Assembly: GCA_030632085.1 (NCBI GenBank) | Contig: DAOVJY010000003.1 | Span: 23,809-87,808 of the forward strand | DNA from: Candidatus Omnitrophota bacterium | GTDB lineage: Bacteria > Omnitrophota > Gorgyraeia > JAGLLT01 | Reading direction: 5' to 3' | DNA length: 64,000 nucleotides | Shown here: piece by piece, positions 1-7,405 of the stretch | Layout: every line of letters begins with the position of its first letter | Numbering within the stretch: position 1 is the stretch's first letter | Program-made: the position numbers and the translations under genes | The notes under the pieces: model-generated | Seen by the model: the letters and a program-made list of their open reading frames with translations, nothing else | What the model was told of the DNA's origin: nothing | Databases searched by the model: none

Positions 1-1
1 G

Positions 2-991
2 GTTGCAAATGAAGGAGCTATAGGGGTAATTGCGTCTGTTGGCCTGGGGATATTTAATCATGAGGTAGAAACCAGCTTCGCGGAAGCCAATAAACAAGCC
101 TTAATTAATGAAATCAGGCGAGCCAGAAGCATGACTAAGGGTATTTTAGGTGTTAATATCATGCTTGCTCTTACTGATCACGCCAAACATGTAAGGGCGG
201 CAATCGATGAAAAAATAGATATAGTTATTCTTGGCGCCGGACTTCCTCTAAAAAATTTTGTAGATATATCAATCAGTGAACTTAAAAAATTACACACAAA
301 GTTTGCACCCAAAGTTTCTTCTGCCAGGGCCGCGGATCTTATTTTTAAGTACTGGGCTAAAAATTACAATCATGTGCCTGATGCTCTGGTGGTGGAGGGC
401 CCTTTGGCTGGAGGCCATTTGGGTTTTAAAAAAGAAGACCTTGATAAGCCGGAGTTTTCTTTAGAAAAACTGGTTCAAGCTTCCATAAATTGTCTGAAGC
501 CCTACGAAAAACGTTTTAAGAAAGTTATTCCTGTAATTGCTGCCGGAGGTATTTATACAGGTGGAGATATATATAAGTTTCTGCAGATGGGCGCGCAGGG
601 AGTCGCTATGGGTACGCGCTTTGTGGCTACGCATGAATGTGACGCGGCTGATGAGTTTAAGCAAATGTATGTAAATTGTAAGAAGGAAGATATTACCGTA
701 ATTGATAGTCCGCTAGGCTTACCCGGAAGGGTTATTATTAATAAATTTATCACTGATGTGAGAAGCGGCCTGAAAAAACCCTTTGAATGTCTATGGAAAT
801 GCCTTAAAATGTGTGATTATAAAAAAGCTCCATATTGTATTGGCCAGGCTTTGTACAATGCGAAAATGGGGAACCTGAAGGATGGTTTTGCGTTTTCAGG
901 AGCCAACGCTTATAGAATAAAAGAAATCGTCTCAGTAAAAGACCTTATAGAGACGCTTTTAAAAGAGTACAAGCTTGCAGCCGGAGTATAA
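2..991 (+). CDS. Nitronate monooxygenase / 2-nitropropane dioxygenase family flavoprotein (5'-truncated by window edge)
   Basis: Frame open from base 2 (VANEGAIGVIASVG); motifs VVEGPLAGGH, VIAAGGI, GVAMGTRF. Confidence 0.9.
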   Translation, partial: VANEGAIGVIASVGLGIFNHEVETSFAEANKQALINEIRRARSMTKGILGVNIMLALTDHAKHVRAAIDEKIDIVILGAGLPLKNFVDISISELKKLHTKFAPKVSSARAADLIFKYWAKNYNHVPDALVVEGPLAGGHLGFKKEDLDKPEFSLEKLVQASINCLKPYEKRFKKVIPVIAAGGIYTGGDIYKFLQMGAQGVAMGTRFVATHECDAADEFKQMYVNCKKEDITVIDSPLGLPGRVIINKFITDVRSGLKKPFECLWKCLKMCDYKKAPYCIGQALYNAKMGNLKDGFAFSGANAYRIKEIVSVKDLIETLLKEYKLAAGV

Positions 992-1175
992 ATGAAGTTA
1001 AAAGCGATTTTAAAATATATAATGTAAAAAATGCCGGCTCCGGAGAAAGTGATTAGGAAGGCATTAAAATGATGATATGGATAGAAAGATTTAAAAAATT
1101 ATTGGCGGTAAATAAACCCAACGGTTGATTTTGCTGTTTAAATAATAATATAATAGCCCAAAAAGAGGGTATGAA

Positions 1176-1556
1176 GTGAGAAAATGTACTATTTTTATTT
1201 TAGGTTTATGTGTAATGCTTTGCGGCTGTTCAAAACAAATTTCGACTCTCTTAGATGTGGCCAAGAGTCAATCTGAAGCCCACAGACAACTCAAAACGGA
1301 GACTATATATTTTAATAACCTTAAAACAGCCATAGAAGAAGGCCGAATTAAAAACGGTATGTCCGAGAAGCACATACAAAGAATTATTGGTGAACCAATG
1401 CTTATTCAGAGTGAGGCTGACGGAGAAAGATGGGTATATAAGCCGGCTGAAGCAACTTTCTTTGATGATAATAAGATACACCTTTATTTTAATGAAAACA
1501 AACTTTTAACCAAGTACAAAGTTTTTGAGCCCGAAGAGTTAGAAAATAATAATTAA
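1176..1556 (+). CDS. Lipoprotein, SmpA/OmlA(BamE)-like
   Basis: Lipobox LCGC after hydrophobic stretch; GMS...IIGEP...ERWVY pattern. Confidence 0.6.
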   Translation: MRKCTIFILGLCVMLCGCSKQISTLLDVAKSQSEAHRQLKTETIYFNNLKTAIEEGRIKNGMSEKHIQRIIGEPMLIQSEADGERWVYKPAEATFFDDNKIHLYFNENKLLTKYKVFEPEELENNN

Positions 1557-1725
1557 TAAAGCGTTTTTTATTGGCAAGCGGTTTTTGCCTAAGCGCTTAC
1601 CGCGCACAAAACATCACCCAAAATATTTTTTATTAAAGTTCCCTCGATTAATTTAGATACTACAGATGAAGAGAGTACGCAAAATAGGGATATGAGGGGA
1701 ATCGTAAAACATAAGATATCAAACA

Positions 1726-2178
1726 ATGATAAGATTTCTAGTAAGAACATTCACAGTTTTTTTAATATTTGTTGTTTTGCTTGCAGGGGCGCTGTATTTT
1801 GTTGATAAAGAATATTTGCTTAAGAGAATACTTGTTGCCCTTCCAACCGATACGCCTATTTCATTAGGACAAGTGAGTTTATCAATAGATGAAGCCAGCG
1901 ATAACACGCTTTATGGTTTTGAAATGGTTGATAAAAGAGACTCCCCCATTCAAAGAACCATCAATGCCGAATATGCCCAAGTTAACTACGATTCCAATGA
2001 AAAAGTGATTAATATCATTCTTCATAAGGGCACAATTAAAGAGAAAAATCTCAAAAGTACTGCTGAAGCTACTAGTCAAAGTTTCGATCAATTAGTAATT
2101 ACTCTTGATCCGGGAGAGATTAAGAGTAAATTAAAGCAGTTTCATAAGCAAAAAGACAGTTTAAACCCATCAAGCTAA
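1726..2178 (+). CDS. Membrane-anchored hypothetical protein
   Basis: N-terminal TM helix followed by beta-rich soluble domain. Confidence 0.55.
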   Translation: MIRFLVRTFTVFLIFVVLLAGALYFVDKEYLLKRILVALPTDTPISLGQVSLSIDEASDNTLYGFEMVDKRDSPIQRTINAEYAQVNYDSNEKVINIILHKGTIKEKNLKSTAEATSQSFDQLVITLDPGEIKSKLKQFHKQKDSLNPSS

Positions 2179-2239
2179 CCTCCCCGGAGTGCTTGACAAC
2201 TAATAGTGAATAATGTAGTATAATTAAACTACATTTTAT

Positions 2240-2458
2240 ATGAAACTTATATCTGTTTATAAAGCTCATGATGAGTTCGAAGCTATTTCTTTAAGAGATC
2301 TTCTTGAAAAAGAAGATGTTCAGGTTGTTATCCGGTCCCGGCAAATACCTATGTACGATGGTATTATGACTATGGCAGTCGGATATTGGGGTGACCTCTT
2401 AGTTAAAGAAAAAGAACTGGAAAAGGCTAAGGAAATCATAGAAGGTTTTTTATTATAA
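2240..2458 (+). CDS. DUF2007-like small protein
   Basis: VY.A.DEFEA..LRDLLEKE.V...LLVKEKELEKAKEII pattern; TTGACA promoter element upstream. Confidence 0.75.
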   Translation: MKLISVYKAHDEFEAISLRDLLEKEDVQVVIRSRQIPMYDGIMTMAVGYWGDLLVKEKELEKAKEIIEGFLL

Positions 2459-2472
2459 GCTTACCAAATTAT

Positions 2473-2565
2473 GGAGAGGTGCCTGAGTGGCCGAAAGGAG
2501 CCGCCTGCTAAGCGGTTGTTCCGTTACAAGCGGAACCCTGGGTTCGAATCCCAGCCTCTCCGCCA
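2473..2565 (+). tRNA. tRNA-Ser(GCT)
   Basis: GGAGAGG acceptor stem, GCT anticodon, long variable arm, GGTTCGAATCC T-arm, CCA end. Confidence 0.97.
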
Positions 2566-2709
2566 GTGTTTTTAGCATACTTTAAAATCTCTTCACAAAC
2601 ACACCGAATTCATCATAACCTCTATATTCTTCAAGCACATATAACATCATTTAATAGCAGGCAACATCAGTTATTAACATAGCTGTATTGCCTATTTTTT
2701 TGTATTAAT

Positions 2710-2946
2710 GTGGTGAAAATGTGGTGGAATTTGAAATATTCAATTGATTTTCCTTTTGGATTTTTTTTGTATATATGGGTAGATGTTATCTTTATCAAAG
2801 AGAGCACCAAGGCCATTTTGGTTATGTTTGATAATAAAAAAGCATGGTTTCCAAAAGCCTGGATTGTGAGAATTAAGCACGACAAAGACAGCAATAAGGC
2901 GAAGATTAAAATATCTGAATATTATTGGGCTAAAAAGTTCGAATAA
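2710..2946 (+). CDS. Small hypothetical protein (start uncertain)
   Basis: ORF with KAILV...KKAWFPKAWI beta-rich segment. Confidence 0.45.
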   Translation: MVKMWWNLKYSIDFPFGFFLYIWVDVIFIKESTKAILVMFDNKKAWFPKAWIVRIKHDKDSNKAKIKISEYYWAKKFE

Positions 2947-3045
2947 TAAGCCAAAAAATCTTTGATTTTTATCAAAAAATATGCTATCTTGAACACAGAT
3001 AAAAAAAGAAGCTCGTCTATTAATTGTTAGAAGAAAGAATAAATT

Positions 3046-3813
3046 ATGAATTTAATTAAAATTTTTATAGTAATATTCGGGATTTTATCAATCATAGGGA
3101 TTATTGTAGCTATATTGTGGGCTATCAAATCCCCACCATTAATATCAAAATTAAATTTATCTTCAACCCAAATGAATATATTTATCAATATTATTATCAT
3201 TTTTGTCATGGTCTTAACAATACTAATAATCATAACTTATTCTAATCAGCAAATTATTGAAAACCAAAAATCAACAAAAGAATATATTGAAGCCTTAAAA
3301 ACAACCACGCAAGAACGAATATCTGAAGCTAAGAAAATTACAGACTCGCAGCTTCTCAAGATGGATGAGCAAATTAAAACAATCCAAAATGAAACAAATC
3401 GCCAGATACGGATAGAAGAAAAATGGACGAATATTAAAAGGAAGCAATTGATAGAATCTTTAATTGAAGAAATCAAACAAAACCAAAGCATTTATAGTAG
3501 GCTCGAAAAAGATTTGGAAGAAGATCCTGTCAAATCTAACTTCCAAAATTTTATTACTGTTAGTTTAGAAAAATGTTTGTCTGATTCCCCCATTGATAAT
3601 GAAGAAATAAACCACCATATATTAGGTTTGTATTATTGGATAAAAGTACATGACAACAAGTTGACTGCCTCTAGAACGCCCAGCATAACATCTGAATCAC
3701 TAAAAGGTATTCTTGGGGCAGTTGTAAAAAATTATAAAGGAAATGAAAAAAGCTATACTGGCTTAGTAAATTTATTAAGCGAATATATAAAAACAATAGA
3801 AATAAAAGAATAA
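3046..3813 (+). CDS. Cassette 1: two-TM, coiled-coil hypothetical protein
   Basis: Two N-terminal hydrophobic helices; lies between GTTAGAA (3026) and attC at 3819. Confidence 0.8.
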   Translation: MNLIKIFIVIFGILSIIGIIVAILWAIKSPPLISKLNLSSTQMNIFINIIIIFVMVLTILIIITYSNQQIIENQKSTKEYIEALKTTTQERISEAKKITDSQLLKMDEQIKTIQNETNRQIRIEEKWTNIKRKQLIESLIEEIKQNQSIYSRLEKDLEEDPVKSNFQNFITVSLEKCLSDSPIDNEEINHHILGLYYWIKVHDNKLTASRTPSITSESLKGILGAVVKNYKGNEKSYTGLVNLLSEYIKTIEIKE

Positions 3814-3818
3814 AAAAC

Positions 3819-3897
3819 CTCTAACAATTTCATCCACCTGACCATTACCCTCGTCGCTTAGCGTTGCGTGTCCCGGCGGGTGATGTTGACGTTATAT
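3819..3897 (+). repeat. attC site 1
   Basis: R'' CTCTAAC ... R' GTTATAT; CATCCACCTGACC pairs with GGCGGGTGATG leaving two extrahelical bases. Confidence 0.88.
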
Positions 3898-4498
3898 GAA
3901 AGAGAAAATAATGAAGAATATAAAGATTATAAGCTTAATAATTGCAATCATAGCAATGATACTACTTTTACACTGCAATATTAGCGATAAAGAAAGTTTA
4001 TATACCAGCATAGGGGGTACTTTCATTGGGTTTTTGGGAGCTTTTCTAATATATCAAGTAGGTATTATGATTGATGAAAAGCGGAAAAAAGAATTGGAAG
4101 AAAAAAACACTAAATATATATACCAACTTTATAAAATGGAATTAGAAATGAATATTAGCCACATAAATGGTTTGATTAATAAAAGATGGACACCTTTTTA
4201 TAAATTGAAGACTATAACCAGAGATAAATTATGGGGTGAATTAGCAAGCTATTCCAAAGATTTAAATCTGATGCAAAAACTCAATATTATCTATGGCGAA
4301 TTTGAACTAATAAATAATAAATTTGACATTATGAATTCTGTAAGAATACATCAAAAAAATACTATAAATCAGGCTGAACAAGAACAATTGGGCAAGGAGC
4401 TTGGAGAACAACTCGAAGGGTGCATTGGTTTAGGCAAAAACGTTATTCCTATAATCCAAGAAGGCATAGAAATTTTAAATCAACAAATAAAAAGATAA
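3896..4498 (+). CDS. Cassette 2: two-TM hypothetical protein
   Basis: ORF fills the interval between attC1 and attC2. Confidence 0.8.
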   Translation: MKEKIMKNIKIISLIIAIIAMILLLHCNISDKESLYTSIGGTFIGFLGAFLIYQVGIMIDEKRKKELEEKNTKYIYQLYKMELEMNISHINGLINKRWTPFYKLKTITRDKLWGELASYSKDLNLMQKLNIIYGEFELINNKFDIMNSVRIHQKNTINQAEQEQLGKELGEQLEGCIGLGKNVIPIIQEGIEILNQQIKR

Positions 4499-4500
4499 CC

Positions 4501-4575
4501 ATATAACAAGTCAATGCACCCGACTTTTTCTCGCCGCTTCGCTCTGGGAAAAGCTGGTAATTTCCAGCGTTAGAT
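4501..4575 (+). repeat. attC site 2
   Basis: R'' ATATAAC (exact complement of upstream GTTATAT) ... R' GTTAGAT; imperfect stem CCCGACTTTTTCTC / GGGAAAAGCTGG. Confidence 0.88.
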
Positions 4576-4601
4576 GAAAAATATAATAACAGAGATTTGA
4601 T

Positions 4602-5459
4602 ATGGCCTATTTAATGCATATTGGTTTTGATAATACTTCTCGGCTTTGTAGAAATGTATACTACTTTGAATATAAAGGAATTCGGTATAAATTAATTCAA
4701 AATAACATAAGAAAATGGTGCGATGTTCTTTTGACGATAATACATGAAAGCAATAACAAGGTAGATCAAAATAAAATATATATGAATGCATCGGAATTTT
4801 TAAGTGCATTGGGTTGGGAAAATGAATCAAGGGTAAAATTGAGACATTTAGGTGGACCAGGAATACCTGATAATTATAAACTTAAAAATGCAAAATGTAG
4901 GTCATTTAGCTTTCCCGAAGTACCATTTGTAGGATATATAATAGGATATAATATCTGTGTGATTCCAAAAATTGAGACAGAAGAGCAAAGAAATGCTCTT
5001 ATGCTTTTTCGAGAAGCTTTTAGCTCTAATAATAACTATCTAGCATTCTTATTTTATTGGCAAGTGTTGGAAGTGGCGAAGGGTGACGCAATTGGATGGG
5101 TAAATAAAACACTCAAGAAAAATAGAAATAAAATTAGATTATTAAATGATGAAATAGAAAGAGTGCCATTAAATGGTAAAAAACTCGGGAATTATTTATA
5201 TGAAGATTGTCGTAATGCAATTGCACATATAAAACGTAAAAAATATGGACAAACTAAAATAAAACTTGACACCCTAGATGATAATAGCAGAATTGCAATA
5301 AGCACTCTGGTAATTAGAGAATTTGCAAGATATTATATTAAAAGTAGACTAGGCCTTCAAAAGAATATGTATTTAGTGCGAAAAAATGGGAAAGGGTTTC
5401 CATTTTATGCAAATGAAGAATATACAAAACACAATAGATGCAAGATAGCATATAAATGA
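4602..5459 (+). CDS. Cassette 3: MauJ-like / HEPN-type protein
   Basis: FLFYWQVLE and YLYEDCRNAIAH (RxxxxH) motifs. Confidence 0.7.
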   Translation: MAYLMHIGFDNTSRLCRNVYYFEYKGIRYKLIQNNIRKWCDVLLTIIHESNNKVDQNKIYMNASEFLSALGWENESRVKLRHLGGPGIPDNYKLKNAKCRSFSFPEVPFVGYIIGYNICVIPKIETEEQRNALMLFREAFSSNNNYLAFLFYWQVLEVAKGDAIGWVNKTLKKNRNKIRLLNDEIERVPLNGKKLGNYLYEDCRNAIAHIKRKKYGQTKIKLDTLDDNSRIAISTLVIREFARYYIKSRLGLQKNMYLVRKNGKGFPFYANEEYTKHNRCKIAYK

Positions 5460-5509
5460 TTAGGGTTTCATTAAATGCGAAAGAAAAAACGGCAGTAATA
5501 ACTAAGAAC

Positions 5510-5550
5510 ATCTAATAATTTGCTCCAACATTTGATTTTGAACGTTAGCT
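5510..5550 (+). repeat. Degenerate, internally deleted attC site 3
   Basis: ATCTAAT (one change from ATCTAAC, the complement of upstream GTTAGAT) ... GTTAGCT; only 41 bp. Confidence 0.6.
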
Positions 5551-5582
5551 ATCAACTATATGGTGTCATCGGAGATAAAGAT

Positions 5583-6125
5583 ATGAATGTGCCTAATTTA
5601 GAAAGAGTAATAGAAACTTTTATTCCAATCACAATACCCAACGAAGCAACGTCGTTACAAATTTGGCAACATTATTTGAATATTCTTAGGTCAAAAGTAG
5701 AACCATTAGTAAAAGATTTGATGCAAAGAAGACTCATTGATTGGTATTCATTTCTAGTCCATAGCAGGCAAAGCGGTGTTCCTATAAGTGAGGATGATAA
5801 GGGTATCTACGTACATTTGAGAGTAGAACTTTCCGCATTAGCAAGTGAGCAAGAATTACGGAAACACCTCCCTCCTTTTTGTCGAATGACACAAAAGATG
5901 GTGACACCAAAACCTCCTTCACTAGATACCATTGATATACAAGCGTTAAGGGATGAAAAAATTGAGCAAGGGTGGAAGGTTTTAGGCGAAGCATCCGAAT
6001 GGGTGTTGCGGATGCTGAATTCCCATAGCCCAAATAAACCAGTTCCAGCACAAAATGTGGCCCAGTTTTTGCACTACATTGGAAATCAATTATTTATCAA
6101 AGCTGTTCAAATTCCTATGCCGTGA
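5583..6125 (+). CDS. Cassette 4: hypothetical protein, weak resemblance to lantibiotic dehydratase C-terminal-like fold
   Basis: ATG at 5583 with GGAG upstream (the track start 5520 overlaps attC3); WYSFLVH...VHLRVEL. Confidence 0.6.
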   Translation: MNVPNLERVIETFIPITIPNEATSLQIWQHYLNILRSKVEPLVKDLMQRRLIDWYSFLVHSRQSGVPISEDDKGIYVHLRVELSALASEQELRKHLPPFCRMTQKMVTPKPPSLDTIDIQALRDEKIEQGWKVLGEASEWVLRMLNSHSPNKPVPAQNVAQFLHYIGNQLFIKAVQIPMP

Positions 6126-6151
6126 ATGGGGAAGATATATTTAATTAAGGC

Positions 6152-6212
6152 ACCCAACAACTCCTTGCAGTCGGTCTCGCCATCGCTCAATGGTTGAGTT
6201 CGGCCGTTAGCC
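6152..6212 (+). repeat. attC site 4
   Basis: R'' ACCCAAC ... R' GTTAGCC; inner stem imperfect. Confidence 0.72.
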
Positions 6213-6224
6213 GAAAATAAGAAC

Positions 6225-6812
6225 ATGAGCACAACCGACATACTGACCTTATTAGCAATAATTCTAAGTGCGATCGCAGTTGGATTTGCGGCCTATCAAG
6301 CAATTCTGAATCGAAAGGCTTTGGTAGCAGCAAGGAAATCAATTGAAATGTCTACTAGAACAAGACACATCGAAATGTTACCTAAGGCAGGTTTCGCTAT
6401 TCACGTAGATATGAAATTATCGAATTGGATATCTGATTTGAGTAAGGTAATTGAATTATCGCAACAGGCTATGGGTAACAAAGATGACGAATTACTTAAG
6501 GAATTAGCAGGGAAAGGCTTAAAGTCACCTGATCATTTAGTTGATAAATTCATGTATGAGAAAGCACCACCTTGGTTGTCCGAAATCTATATTAGTTCAG
6601 CGCAATTTTACTATGATGCAAAAGCACCGCAAGTTGCGCTTTGGGGATTTTCATCTGAAGCCGGCAATTATTCATATATACCTAGTTTTATTGAGCGGTG
6701 CGAGGATTCGATTAATCATATTCGTCAGTTTAAAAGTTATTTAGATGATATTGTACCAAGAGCCTATCTTGAAACACCGGCCAGCATAAATGATGATAAA
6801 TTCATCGGCTAA
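6225..6812 (+). CDS. Cassette 5: N-terminal TM hypothetical protein
   Basis: Stop codon TAA lies inside R'' GGCTAAC, a typical cassette layout. Confidence 0.8.
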   Translation: MSTTDILTLLAIILSAIAVGFAAYQAILNRKALVAARKSIEMSTRTRHIEMLPKAGFAIHVDMKLSNWISDLSKVIELSQQAMGNKDDELLKELAGKGLKSPDHLVDKFMYEKAPPWLSEIYISSAQFYYDAKAPQVALWGFSSEAGNYSYIPSFIERCEDSINHIRQFKSYLDDIVPRAYLETPASINDDKFIG

Positions 6813-6907
6813 CAAATGGCTGAACAACCTGACGGAAGGTTACTGTAATTATGAATAAGATAAATCGCTGGGGTAGAGGTGCTTCCGTAGCTGGCCATAC
6901 GTTATGA
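6807..6907 (+). repeat. attC site 5
   Basis: R'' GGCTAAC (exact complement of upstream GTTAGCC) ... R' GTTATGA; ACGGAAG / CTTCCGT stem. Confidence 0.82.
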
Positions 6908-7026
6908 GTAAGAGGCAGTGCCCTTTTAAAGAAAAAAACTTGACTTTTATCTAATTATAGCGTAATGTACATTACAGAAATAAAAGTGGTGCGTTCGAAG
7001 GGGGAACCTCCACGTTAAAAAAAGTA

Positions 7027-7066
7027 AAACCTTCATAGCTTTTTGCTATGAGGGTTTTTTGTTTTT
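7027..7066 (+). terminator. Intrinsic terminator-like hairpin in leader of RadC-N / R-M operon
   Basis: AAAACCTTCATAGC-TTTTT-GCTATGAGGGTTTTTT. Confidence 0.7.
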
Positions 7067-7114
7067 ACAGAACAATATTTTCTGTTGAGATTTTAAAGGA
7101 AAGGTGGTAAAATT

Positions 7115-7405
7115 ATGCCAAAGATAAAAGATTTACCAAAAGACCAAAGACCAAGAGAAAAATTATTGAAATATGGGCCAGAGTCTTTGCTCGACAAAGA
7201 ACTTTTGGCTATCTTAATCGGACACGGGCTTAAGGGCAAATCTGCCATAGAAATGGCAGAAGAATTATTAACAGAGTATAAAGACCTCAAAGGGTTAGCA
7301 GGGAAAAGATTAGATGGGTTTATGAAAATTAAGGGCATAAAAGAAGCAAAAATTATTAAAATCGCTACTGCATTTGAAATAGCAAAACGAATTTATTTTA
7401 CATAA
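7115..7405 (+). CDS. RadC (UPF0758) N-terminal helix-hairpin-helix domain only
   Basis: IKDLPKDQRPREKLLKYGPESL.DKELLAIL; ends before the JAB domain. Confidence 0.85.
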   Translation: MPKIKDLPKDQRPREKLLKYGPESLLDKELLAILIGHGLKGKSAIEMAEELLTEYKDLKGLAGKRLDGFMKIKGIKEAKIIKIATAFEIAKRIYFT

